A model generated the notes under the pieces. It did not search any database and had not been told where the DNA came from. It worked only from the letters and a program-made list of their open reading frames with translations. From positions 1 through 27,545 of IMG/VR virus record IMGVR_UViG_3300045996_000667: a stretch of 27,545 nucleotides of DNA, one strand, 5' to 3'. The position numbers and the translations under genes were made by a program. Positions within the stretch are counted from its first letter, which is position 1. Every line of letters begins with the position of its first letter. The stretch comes from a virus (taxonomy: Duplodnaviria > Heunggongvirae > Uroviricota > Caudoviricetes). This document shows positions 13,958 to 22,227 of the stretch, piece by piece.

Positions 13958-14392
13958 GTGAAAGCTCCATTACACTATAAGCCTGCCGGACTAGTGTTAC
14001 CGCTTTGCTGCGCGATGTATGAACTGTCCACTGATGAGCTACCTATGGCTACCTGCCCAGAGTGCGTTGCGCTGGCGGCAGTACCTCTATGGTGCGCCCG
14101 TGGACATCAGTACAACGGCACCATAGAAAAGGACAAGTGTCCACAATGCGGCTTGCACGGACACACCAACAAGGCAGACGCAAACGCCGAAGCCTTCGAT
14201 CTATTTCACATGCGAACACCGCACGTCATCCACTGGCGCAGCATTCGGCTGTTCAACAACGCTGGCATGGACTTTCCGGCCTGCTATGCGTCGACCAAAC
14301 TGCTAGACCTCGACAAGTCGAGGCTGCGCACCAATCCTGAGCGGCACGCAGTAACCTGCAAGAGGTGTCTGCGGCTCATGGAGAAGCGCTAG
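13958..14392 (+). CDS. Multi-Cys hypothetical protein
   Basis: GTG start after GAAGGA; several CxxC pairs. Confidence 0.65.
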   Translation: MKAPLHYKPAGLVLPLCCAMYELSTDELPMATCPECVALAAVPLWCARGHQYNGTIEKDKCPQCGLHGHTNKADANAEAFDLFHMRTPHVIHWRSIRLFNNAGMDFPACYASTKLLDLDKSRLRTNPERHAVTCKRCLRLMEKR

Positions 14393-14418
14393 ACAAAACC
14401 GGACAGGGCTGGTAGAAT
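14390..14418 (+). promoter_or_regulatory. Strong sigma70-type promoter
   Basis: TAGACA-N17-TAGAAT with extended -10 TG. Confidence 0.75.
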
Positions 14419-14441
14419 GGCTAGCCCTGTCCAACCTCGCA
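14401..14441 (+). repeat. 41-bp hairpin repeat, copy 2
   Basis: GGACAGGGCT/AGCCCTGTCC arms enclose the -10; matches 12160-12200. Confidence 0.75.
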
Positions 14442-14492
14442 GTCAGGGCCATACACGTGTATTCTGTTGACCTTGACTAGGAGGTTTGTCTG

Positions 14493-14708
14493 GTGGAGCA
14501 CGAATATCCCAAGGAACGACGAAGTCCAGCACAACTGGCCGACGAGGAACACTGGACCGTGGTTGAGGTCCGACTCAACGAAGACCGCGAGAAACTGACC
14601 ATCGTTAACAGTTTCTCAGGTCAGGAGGTCGCAGAAAGCTACGTGCGCCGCATTCGCAAATACAGCCCTGACATCGTCAGCGTCAAGGCTCTTCCACCGA
14701 AAGGGTAG
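14493..14708 (+). CDS. Hypothetical protein
   Basis: TAGGAGGT RBS, GTG start. Confidence 0.7.
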   Translation: MEHEYPKERRSPAQLADEEHWTVVEVRLNEDREKLTIVNSFSGQEVAESYVRRIRKYSPDIVSVKALPPKG

Positions 14709-14710
14709 CC

Positions 14711-14836
14711 ATGTTCCGCGAACTATGGTGGTGGATAAGAGGCGTCGAGCCTGCCACCTACCGACACGTCTGCAAACGCTGCGGCCAGACCGGTCAGGCT
14801 CACTGGTTCAACGTGTGTTGGAGGTTCAAAGAATGA
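14711..14836 (+). CDS. Trp/Cys-rich microprotein (41 aa)
   Basis: MFRELWWW..CKRCG..H..C; ATGA overlap with the next gene. Confidence 0.6.
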   Translation: MFRELWWWIRGVEPATYRHVCKRCGQTGQAHWFNVCWRFKE

Positions 14837-15030
14837 ACGAGAAAGACAAGCACATCATCACCATCGCACTGCAAGTCGCTATCACGTGCTACCAGGAAGA
14901 AGAGCGCCGCATGTGGCGCGCCGATGAGCTGGACAATTCCGACGTCTTCAAGCGCGTGGCCGAACAGTTCGCACGGCAGGCCAAAGAGGCGCAGGAACTG
15001 CTAGACCGCATCGCGAATGACAGGTTCTAG
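14833..15030 (+). CDS. Hypothetical helical protein
   Basis: ATGA overlap. Confidence 0.7.
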   Translation: MNEKDKHIITIALQVAITCYQEEERRMWRADELDNSDVFKRVAEQFARQAKEAQELLDRIANDRF

Positions 15031-15031
15031 C

Positions 15032-15295
15032 ATGGACATCAAGACAGCCTTCAGGGTAGTCTCCGACGCCATAACCACACGAACAGACCTTTCCGAAATT
15101 GGCAGGCTGGCCATCGAGGACATGCTGGTCGAACTCCGAGACTGCAACATGTCTGTCTTACGGCATGGCGGCGGTAACAACGGCCTTGTCATCAGGGGAA
15201 AGGATGGAAGTTCGTCGTCTATTATTCGTATGAGTCCTGACCTGGCCGTCAGGATTGCCATCAATGCCATTCTTGAGCACTTGGAGAGATCCTAG
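15032..15295 (+). CDS. Hypothetical protein
   Basis: ORF track; tight spacing. Confidence 0.7.
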   Translation: MDIKTAFRVVSDAITTRTDLSEIGRLAIEDMLVELRDCNMSVLRHGGGNNGLVIRGKDGSSSSIIRMSPDLAVRIAINAILEHLERS

Positions 15296-15296
15296 C

Positions 15297-15488
15297 ATGG
15301 ATCCCAACGCCAATCTGCAAGAACAGGAACGCATCATCGCTGAAAGGGAACTGCCAAACCCTGACTGGCGCGAATATGCTGAGCGCCTGCTCGACCTGCG
15401 GCAGGCCCTGTATGACTGGCTCAGGGACGGCGGCTTCGAACCGGACTGGTCCAAGGCTCCCAACGCGGCCAAGCATTACGGACACTGA
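15297..15488 (+). CDS. Conserved phage hypothetical protein (MDPNA..WLxxGGFxP type)
   Basis: Pattern recalled from actinobacteriophage small proteins; function unknown. Confidence 0.75.
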   Translation: MDPNANLQEQERIIAERELPNPDWREYAERLLDLRQALYDWLRDGGFEPDWSKAPNAAKHYGH

Positions 15489-15489
15489 C

Positions 15490-15687
15490 ATGGCCGATAT
15501 CTTTGGGGATTACATGGGCATGGACAGAGGCGAAGACCCAGACCACTATGAAGGCTGGCTCGCTGCTAAACGTGCCCACGCTGGCGGAATCAACATCACC
15601 ACTCACCGCTCTCAGGGCGACACTGAGTGGGACAAGGGCTGGAACGACTACATCGAAGAAATCGAAAGAGGGCTGATGTGTCCATAG
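15490..15687 (+). CDS. Hypothetical protein
   Basis: ORF track. Confidence 0.65.
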   Translation: MADIFGDYMGMDRGEDPDHYEGWLAAKRAHAGGINITTHRSQGDTEWDKGWNDYIEEIERGLMCP

Positions 15688-15950
15688 ACTATCTCGACAT
15701 TCAGATTCCAGGCGAGAAGATCAGCCACACCGACCTGACGGCAGACGCGCTGTTTTTCTCAGGGCGCACCACTGGCTGCTCATGTTGCTCGGACAGCTTC
15801 GACTTCAGCGAAACCTCCAAGGTGCAAGCCTTGGAACTGGCTGACCAGTGGATCAAGGAGCTGCGCGCACGGCTCAAGCAAGCCTGCGAGGTCAAGCGCA
15901 AGATTCGCGCGGTCAAGGTGGCAGACTGGGACAAGGCTAGGAGCACATGA
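15678..15950 (+). CDS. Hypothetical protein
   Basis: GTG start; GCSCCS. Confidence 0.65.
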   Translation: MSIDYLDIQIPGEKISHTDLTADALFFSGRTTGCSCCSDSFDFSETSKVQALELADQWIKELRARLKQACEVKRKIRAVKVADWDKARST

Positions 15951-16351
15951 ACTGGCTGACATTCCTCACCGCCCTGACAGAACAGGAGCGCGAAGAGCTC
16001 AAGGCCACCCTAGCCGACGCTGACAAGAATGCTGAGTTCTTTGATGCGCTGGCAGCCAATGATGCCCTGACCGCAGCTGAGCGCATCATTCGGCGGCGCG
16101 AGGGCAAGATACCGGCTATCAAGGCTGTCAGAGAGCGCACACGGCTAGGTCTGAAAGAAGCTAAGGACTTGGTCGAGCGCTGCGCACCTGACGACCTGTA
16201 CACCTTACCAGCCTGTCCTAAGTGTGGCTGCTGGAAAGAGCGCGTCAAGCCGGTAGCGCCATTGTCGCCAAATGAGTCACGGTATAACGGCAGGTTCCAT
16301 AAGTTTCATTGCCTGTCCTGTGACTGGATCTACGAGGCCAAGTACGTCTAG
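15947..16351 (+). CDS. Ribosomal bL12 (L7/L12) C-terminal-like domain + Zn ribbon, with internal EFFDAL motif
   Basis: KIPAIKAVRERTRLGLKEAKDLVE matches the bL12 CTD signature; CPKC..CLSC. Confidence 0.8.
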   Translation: MNWLTFLTALTEQEREELKATLADADKNAEFFDALAANDALTAAERIIRRREGKIPAIKAVRERTRLGLKEAKDLVERCAPDDLYTLPACPKCGCWKERVKPVAPLSPNESRYNGRFHKFHCLSCDWIYEAKYV

Positions 16352-16532
16352 GCCGCTTTGCACACGTGTTCAAGATTCGGCGTTCATTGCACAAAGTGCA
16401 AACAGTGCCAAGGCTCACAACCTAGATAGCCTCTAAAACGCTCAGGATGCGTTATGAGCGCATCTCAGGACTACCCGCACCCTAACCATTGCCCGACAGT
16501 TTAGAGGGCCTATAAGTCATGCTAGGAGGTTT

Positions 16533-16868
16533 ATGCGTATCAACGTGAACGAGAGCCGACAGATGAACCTGATGAAGGCGCTGAAGAACATGGGAGCCTG
16601 CGATGGATCTAAGGGCGCCATACCGTGGGTGAACACGAACCTGCAACCACAGCAGGGACTGCTCGACGCGTGGCTCCTGTGCCAGAACAAGGAATGGCTG
16701 CTCTGGCTGCTGGAACATTGGAAGCTGCTTGGCGAATGTACCTGCACGCTGAGCATTGACAGCATCAGCCGCTGCCCAATCGGTAAGGCCTACAACCTCG
16801 AATTCGAGGACGTGCAGGCCAATTACAGGGACGACATCGCCTGCATCGCCTACTACACCGGCCTTTGA
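16533..16868 (+). CDS. Hypothetical protein
   Basis: TAGGAGG RBS. Confidence 0.7.
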   Translation: MRINVNESRQMNLMKALKNMGACDGSKGAIPWVNTNLQPQQGLLDAWLLCQNKEWLLWLLEHWKLLGECTCTLSIDSISRCPIGKAYNLEFEDVQANYRDDIACIAYYTGL

Positions 16869-16871
16869 CCC

Positions 16872-17069
16872 ATGGACGACGACGAACGCAACGCGAAACT
16901 CGCAGCGTTCACCCTAGGCCAGTTGGAACTCGTATCAGCCGTGTCAGACGCGCTAGAGATAGCATGGCGGTCAGGCCTGACCAAGCAACAGACCGCCGAG
17001 GCTGTCGAACTGGCACTGCAAGCTCGAGACTTCCTGGCCGTGATACAATCTCGGAACCTGCTGGAGTGA
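16872..17069 (+). CDS. Hypothetical helical protein
   Basis: ORF track; tight spacing. Confidence 0.65.
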   Translation: MDDDERNAKLAAFTLGQLELVSAVSDALEIAWRSGLTKQQTAEAVELALQARDFLAVIQSRNLLE

Positions 17070-17072
17070 CCC

Positions 17073-17237
17073 ATGAAGCCAGCGCAGGCCACGTTGTTCG
17101 ATAAGGGCACTCTCCCCAAGGCCCAGCCCGATACCTACCAGCGGCTGGCAGAACTGGCCCGTGAACAGGGCTGCAACAATACGGCTCAGCTCCTCGAAGA
17201 ATCTGCCAGATTGGCAGAAATTTCTCGCAAGCCTTGA
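17073..17237 (+). CDS. 54-aa protein with N-terminal QATLF
   Basis: GGAG RBS; hand translation MKPAQATLFDKG.. Confidence 0.6.
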   Translation: MKPAQATLFDKGTLPKAQPDTYQRLAELAREQGCNNTAQLLEESARLAEISRKP

Positions 17238-17262
17238 CAGGCTGCCGAGGGCGCGCTACCCT
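17234..17262 (+). promoter_or_regulatory. sigma70-type promoter
   Basis: TTGACA-N17-TACCCT. Confidence 0.65.
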
Positions 17263-17297
17263 AGTGCGTTCCCGTGGCCCGACCAGATGAGGTGGTA

Positions 17298-17489
17298 ATG
17301 CGCGTGTATCTTGTGTATTGGTCCTACGACAGAGGGCGCTACGTGTCCTACGAAGGGCCAATCAGTGACCTCGGAACCCAGCAATCGGGCCAGCTCGTTG
17401 AAGCCGCGTTCGTTGACGAGCAAGAGGCCAACACCTACGCCAACAGGAGAACCGTTCAGAACAACTACATGGAAGGGGTGCGGCAATGA
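17298..17489 (+). CDS. Hypothetical protein
   Basis: GAGGTGG RBS. Confidence 0.65.
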   Translation: MRVYLVYWSYDRGRYVSYEGPISDLGTQQSGQLVEAAFVDEQEANTYANRRTVQNNYMEGVRQ

Positions 17490-17881
17490 GCACGAAAACG
17501 TTCGAACAGATGGTGGCCGCTCGCATCAACGACTATCGGATCGAACCGCTCACCAACGCCGATGCGAAGGCGGCGTGGTTGTCAGCCCTGCGCAGCGGGA
17601 ACTTCGGCCAAACAAAGACACAACTTCGCAACCTGTTCGACCTGAACCGTTTCTGCTGCCTCGGCGTGATGTGCGAAGTCTTCAAGGATGCCGTCAATGG
17701 CGAGTGGAAAAAAGACCTTTTCGGCATCAAGGACGAACAGCGCTACGTTGGCGGGTATCCTCCGCTAGCGGTTACCAAATACGTCGGCATGACCGACGAC
17801 ACGCAGCGCTTCATCAGTGGCCTGAACGACGACGGGGCCACCTTCGCTGAAATCGCGGACTACATCGAGGCCAATCTGTGA
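17486..17881 (+). CDS. Conserved phage hypothetical protein (W..ALRSG..Q....CCLGV.CE type)
   Basis: Pattern recalled from phage proteins of unknown function; ATGA overlap. Confidence 0.78.
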   Translation: MSTKTFEQMVAARINDYRIEPLTNADAKAAWLSALRSGNFGQTKTQLRNLFDLNRFCCLGVMCEVFKDAVNGEWKKDLFGIKDEQRYVGGYPPLAVTKYVGMTDDTQRFISGLNDDGATFAEIADYIEANL

Positions 17882-17979
17882 TGCAGTATACACACACCGA
17901 ACCACCGCTGAGAGGTTTCATCACGTTCCTGCTCCTGCTGTTCTTGGTGGCAGTCGGCCTGATCGGATTCGCAGGATGA
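17878..17979 (+). CDS. Small membrane peptide
   Basis: GTGA/ATGA overlaps; hydrophobic. Confidence 0.55.
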   Translation: MMQYTHTEPPLRGFITFLLLLFLVAVGLIGFAG

Positions 17980-18311
17980 CCACCTTCCTACTGCGAGGCA
18001 AGGGACAGAAACCAACAGCACCGCCCAGATACCAGCATGACTGTTCAGCCTGCCGATTCATTGGGCAGGTTGACAAGTACGACATCTGGTACTGCCCGCC
18101 GGTCAGCGCCTACAAGACTGGTCCAAGCCTGATTGCCCGCTACGGCAATGACGGGCTTGAATACTCCAGCGGCGAAGACTTCGAATACCGCCACATCATG
18201 GCTATCAGGTCGGAAATCGGTGGCCTGACTAACGACGAGGTTATCCTGCTGGCCACGTTCCGCATGATGCCAAGTCTGCTGCTCAACATCTGGAAACCGA
18301 GGGAGAACTAA
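17976..18311 (+). CDS. Hypothetical protein
   Basis: H.C..C pattern; ATGA overlap. Confidence 0.7.
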   Translation: MTTFLLRGKGQKPTAPPRYQHDCSACRFIGQVDKYDIWYCPPVSAYKTGPSLIARYGNDGLEYSSGEDFEYRHIMAIRSEIGGLTNDEVILLATFRMMPSLLLNIWKPREN

Positions 18312-19303
18312 TGCGTCGTTCGTTCGCAGCAGCCGCGTTGGCTGCGCTGCTTTCGGCTGGCTGTGGCGACTCGCCCGTCGCCATAGTCGGCCCTACTACA
18401 CCCACGGCATCGACTCAGGAGCTGTCACCGAAGGCCTGCGCGTTCAACATGACCGTGCTCGAGGCGTCGGTTGACCGTGCCTATCTCAAGGTCAGGAACA
18501 ACGACATCTGCGAACGCAGAGCGGGAGTCGCCGTCTACAAGGCGATTGACCCGTTCCTGCCACTGACGCAGGACAATCAGGAGCTGTTCTCGGACGTCAA
18601 CGTAGTAGTTCAACCAGGCGCGACAGTCGAGATCACAGCTGAACTGCCGCCGCCGTGCGGTGAATATCAGTTTGACCCGTATCACACGATTGAATCCGTC
18701 GGCGCGAAGGGTTCCAAGCCCAACTTCGGGCAGGGCGAGAATCTGTTCGACATCAGCCAGTTCTCGTCTCACTACGGCGGAACGCGCTGCGTAGTGGTGC
18801 CACCGCCACCACCACCGCCGCCACCACCACCGCCGCCACCACCACCGCCACCGCCACCACCACCACCGCCGCCACCGCCGCCTCCACCTCCACCTCCACC
18901 GCCACCGCCACCGCCACCGCCGCCCGTGTGCCCAGTGGTAACCAAGGCGAACGTGGACAAGTACATCACTAGGCGCGACGTGAACTCGGTCAAGGACGGC
19001 GCGTATGCCGTATTCACGATCGAGCTACCGGCTGGCTGCGACATTCTGCTGTCGCTGGTCAGCTACAAGAAATACAGCTGCGAGAAGTTCCCGCAGAAGT
19101 TCATCGACGGCAAGTCTGGGCGTTACAAGTCAGGAACATACACGTGGGAGCTGCAAGTCACAAAGACCGACAGGCTCTATCAGGTGGACCTACTGGTAGG
19201 CGGGTTCAAGCCTGAGGACCTGACACAACAGAACCACGATAGCGACTACGGTCCACGAACCATCGACTGGATATCAGACTGGACGGGTTGCCCGTCAAAG
19301 TGA
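18311..19303 (+). CDS. Putative lipoprotein with a 42-proline linker
   Basis: Signal MRRSFAAAALAALLSAGC with lipobox Cys; Pro codons at 18800-18925. Confidence 0.8.
   Translation: MRRSFAAAALAALLSAGCGDSPVAIVGPTTPTASTQELSPKACAFNMTVLEASVDRAYLKVRNNDICERRAGVAVYKAIDPFLPLTQDNQELFSDVNVVVQPGATVEITAELPPPCGEYQFDPYHTIESVGAKGSKPNFGQGENLFDISQFSSHYGGTRCVVVPPPPPPPPPPPPPPPPPPPPPPPPPPPPPPPPPPPPPPPPPPVCPVVTKANVDKYITRRDVNSVKDGAYAVFTIELPAGCDILLSLVSYKKYSCEKFPQKFIDGKSGRYKSGTYTWELQVTKTDRLYQVDLLVGGFKPEDLTQQNHDSDYGPRTIDWISDWTGCPSK
18800..18925 (+). repeat. CCN trinucleotide tract (poly-Pro x42)
   Basis: Mixed CCA/CCG/CCT/CCC codons. Confidence 0.95.
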
Positions 19304-19309
19304 GGCTTC

Positions 19310-19510
19310 ATGCCCGAAGTGCTCGGACCATGCGACATCGTGCTAGAGGATAAGTGCTTCGCCTGCAATGGCAAAGGCGCTAAGAGCGAGAGCGAATTCC
19401 CCTGTTGGCGTTGCGAAGGCAGGGGCATCATCATCACCGAATTCGGAGCAAAAGTGCTCGACTTTGTCGCCCGCAATCTCAAACTGAACATCACTGGAAA
19501 GGTGGAATAG
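19310..19510 (+). CDS. DnaJ-type CxxCxGxG zinc-finger small protein
   Basis: CFACNGKG and CWRCEGRG. Confidence 0.75.
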   Translation: MPEVLGPCDIVLEDKCFACNGKGAKSESEFPCWRCEGRGIIITEFGAKVLDFVARNLKLNITGKVE

Positions 19511-19513
19511 GTC

Positions 19514-19693
19514 ATGGGATACGCTGCCAGGAACAACAAGACTGCCAAGCTCGCCAAGGCCGGTCAGCTCGCACCGCTCACGCCTGCCAAGCGCCGCCGC
19601 GTCAACAAGCCCGTCAACGTCGTAGGCCCGCGCCGTGTCATGACAGTGCTGGCCATGATGGCAGCAGTTGTCGTCGGCAGGTTCGGACGCTAG
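19514..19693 (+). CDS. Basic small protein with hydrophobic C-terminus (59 aa)
   Basis: Hand translation; fills the gap. Confidence 0.6.
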   Translation: MGYAARNNKTAKLAKAGQLAPLTPAKRRRVNKPVNVVGPRRVMTVLAMMAAVVVGRFGR

Positions 19694-19695
19694 CC

Positions 19696-20007
19696 ATGCT
19701 GCTAGGCGTAGCAACAGTGGGCAGAGAGTCCAAGTTCAAAGAGGGCGACAGGGTTCGCAACTGTGACCGCGTCATAGAGAAGGCGCGCAGGTTTTGGGAG
19801 GAACGCAAATACACCAGCTATGCCACCAGCGCATGGAACTGGTATCAACGTGACAGGGACCGGCGAGGCACTGTCACCTGGGCAGGATGGAACGGCTACT
19901 GTATGGCCGTCGAAATCCGCTGGGACGACGGCATGACCAGCAAGTGCATGGACAGCGAAGTAACGCTCGTGCCCCTCAACCAAGACTTCATGGAGGCTCT
20001 GTGCTGA
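19696..20007 (+). CDS. Hypothetical protein (possible SH3-like barrel)
   Basis: FKEGDRV..GTV..IRWDDG pattern. Confidence 0.65.
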   Translation: MLLGVATVGRESKFKEGDRVRNCDRVIEKARRFWEERKYTSYATSAWNWYQRDRDRRGTVTWAGWNGYCMAVEIRWDDGMTSKCMDSEVTLVPLNQDFMEALC

Positions 20008-20414
20008 CACTCGGCAAGCTGATCGAACTCGCAGTCGGAAAAGACGAATCATCACACGTCGACACGTCCATCCCGCAAGGTGTCTTCGACAACATGTCAA
20101 CCGGACAGCGCGAGGACGTCGCTGGCTGGTGGTATGAGCGATATGCGGGCGGTACTCGCTCCATCTTCGGACGACTGCTGACCAAGACTGAGTGCTGGGA
20201 CAGGATTGTCCAGCATCTCAACAACGGCACCCTGCTAGCCACTGGCATGGGTGGCGGGCCTCTCTACGACATCTCATTCGTTGTCAAGGACTGGCCGTGT
20301 CTGCGCAAGCATGTCAACGAGGGCCACATCGCGCTCTACACGCCGACGCAGTTCGAAGAGGAGAAGGCGGAATACGAGGATCGGCAGCGGCGCATGGAAC
20401 GGCGCAATGGCTGA
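20001..20414 (+). CDS. Hypothetical protein
   Basis: GTG start after GGAGG. Confidence 0.65.
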   Translation: MLTLGKLIELAVGKDESSHVDTSIPQGVFDNMSTGQREDVAGWWYERYAGGTRSIFGRLLTKTECWDRIVQHLNNGTLLATGMGGGPLYDISFVVKDWPCLRKHVNEGHIALYTPTQFEEEKAEYEDRQRRMERRNG

Positions 20415-20589
20415 CAAACAGGTCGAATACCGGATTCAGTTCCTGAACATGGCGTATTGGAAGGATATCGCCAAGCCCTACAAGCGCCAGTCACCAGCTG
20501 TCAGGTTGGCTAACAGACTGGCAAGAAATGGCGACGTTACTCGCGTCGTCAAGGTCGAAACAACCGTTGTCGTTGTCCACTTCAAGTAA
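20407..20589 (+). CDS. Hypothetical protein
   Basis: 8-nt overlap start. Confidence 0.65.
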   Translation: MADKQVEYRIQFLNMAYWKDIAKPYKRQSPAVRLANRLARNGDVTRVVKVETTVVVVHFK

Positions 20590-20596
20590 CGCTGAC

Positions 20597-20968
20597 ATGG
20601 CTGACAAACTGTTCATACCGACCATCGGCACGCAACTTGTGCTCGCAGAGCCGTGGACCTTCAAGGTCTACAGCGAATATCGGAACGCCGACATCCTGTC
20701 AATGGTCAACCATGTCCAGCAACGCTACGGCGTTCACCACGTTAACAACCTGACACTGCCTGTCGGAACTGTTCTGACGGTCGACCGCATCTACATCAAG
20801 AAAGGCATGCCCGACTTCGATAGCATCACGTTCAGGGCCAGCGACTACGCCACTAACAGCGTTGACGAATTCTTCGCAGCGCTGGCAGACTTCAAGATCA
20901 AGAAGTCTATCAGGTTCTGGGTGAAGCTGGCAGACGCCAACACCATCGTCTACAAATCACAGGAGTAA
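20597..20968 (+). CDS. Phage hypothetical protein with internal DEFFAAL motif
   Basis: LFIPTIG..W.F..Y.E.RN..RFWVKL.D.N; motif at 20864-20884. Confidence 0.75.
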   Translation: MADKLFIPTIGTQLVLAEPWTFKVYSEYRNADILSMVNHVQQRYGVHHVNNLTLPVGTVLTVDRIYIKKGMPDFDSITFRASDYATNSVDEFFAALADFKIKKSIRFWVKLADANTIVYKSQE

Positions 20969-20969
20969 C

Positions 20970-21293
20970 ATGCGTATCGTATTCTTTCCGCCCCGTCCCA
21001 ATCAGCGCTCACTGGCCGACTTCCAAATCGAATTCACCGAACCCGGCAGCTTGCTCGAAGGCCTGTGCATCGCCGGCTTCTCCATCTGGCAGCGTCGGAA
21101 CGCACAAGAGGGCGACCTGCCCTACTCCATCACCATGCCGTCGCGCAAGTACGAAGACAAGGACGGACAGACCCAGTATTGGGACTTCGTGCGCCTGATC
21201 GACCTCGAGGACAGCCGCTACAAGACGCGGTTCCTGCGCGCCGTCATCGACCAGTTCGAGAAGTGGGACAGCAAGCGCCGTAACGGCCGCTGA
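20970..21293 (+). CDS. SpoVG-like nucleic-acid-binding protein
   Basis: I.GF.I..ITMPSRKY..G...YWD..R.....AV pattern. Confidence 0.55.
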   Translation: MRIVFFPPRPNQRSLADFQIEFTEPGSLLEGLCIAGFSIWQRRNAQEGDLPYSITMPSRKYEDKDGQTQYWDFVRLIDLEDSRYKTRFLRAVIDQFEKWDSKRRNGR

Positions 21294-21295
21294 CC

Positions 21296-21661
21296 ATGAG
21301 CTACTTCGAAACCAACCTCGCGCCGCCGAACAGCTACTACGAGGTTGTCGAGCCTATCAACGTGCTAGAGCTCATAGGCCACAAGCCTAGCAATGCCTGG
21401 TATGGCGCGTCACGCATCTGGGATCCTGTCTACCGGCCGCTGGAACTGAAAGTCGGCGGGATCCTGATGAACCTGCATGGAGGCCTGTTCTACGCTGACA
21501 AGGCCGGCGACGTCTGCCGCCCTGTGGTCATGCTGGAGAACCCCAAGAGCGCCTTCGAGAAGCGCTACTCGCCGGACTATCACGAGTGGCCACTGGATAG
21601 CCTGCGGCCGACTGACAAGGTTCCCTACGTCCACAAGGATCTGGACAAGCTTCCCGAGTAG
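21296..21661 (+). CDS. Hypothetical protein
   Basis: ORF track. Confidence 0.75.
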   Translation: MSYFETNLAPPNSYYEVVEPINVLELIGHKPSNAWYGASRIWDPVYRPLELKVGGILMNLHGGLFYADKAGDVCRPVVMLENPKSAFEKRYSPDYHEWPLDSLRPTDKVPYVHKDLDKLPE

Positions 21662-21672
21662 GAGGAGAGAAC

Positions 21673-22212
21673 ATGGCTACATGCGCATGGAAAGACGAAG
21701 CCTGCACGTTCGAATCGGATGGCAACAGCAAGTACTGCGGCCCGAAGGGCAACAACCATCGCAAGCTGGCCCGCTTGAGGTTCAAGGACTTCGTCGCTGA
21801 ACAGGCGGCGGTTCGGGCCGAGAAGAACGACCAGTTCAAGGCCATCTTCGAGGAAGCTCGACAAGCCGGACTGGCAGCGGGACAGGCGATCACACCTCGA
21901 CCGATGATCGTCACTCGTGATAGCATGTCGATCGTGACCAGCTCTGGCCAGCGGCCCATCCTCGACCGGGACTACGTGGTGCCGGACGGCCCGTGCGGCT
22001 TCGCGTGGGTTGTCATTCGGCCAGGAAACTCGCCAGCTGCCAACTACGCCAAGAAGAATCTCAACGCGCACAAGCACTACTACGGCGGCATGGAGATCTG
22101 GGTCAGCGACTTCGGCCAGTCGATGGCACGCAAGGAAGCCTACGCCGAAGCCTACGCCGAAGTATTGCGGAAGCACGGCATTCAGGCGAGCGCCGGCTCG
22201 CGCATGGACTAG
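21673..22212 (+). CDS. Conserved phage hypothetical protein (CGFAWV..QS..RKEAYA..SRxD type)
   Basis: GGAGGAG RBS; pattern recalled from diverse phages. Confidence 0.8.
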   Translation: MATCAWKDEACTFESDGNSKYCGPKGNNHRKLARLRFKDFVAEQAAVRAEKNDQFKAIFEEARQAGLAAGQAITPRPMIVTRDSMSIVTSSGQRPILDRDYVVPDGPCGFAWVVIRPGNSPAANYAKKNLNAHKHYYGGMEIWVSDFGQSMARKEAYAEAYAEVLRKHGIQASAGSRMD

Positions 22213-22227
22213 GAGCACGTAATACAC

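Noticed and set aside
18772-19044. Poly-Gly minus-strand ORF
   Set aside because: Reverse complement of the poly-Pro tract.
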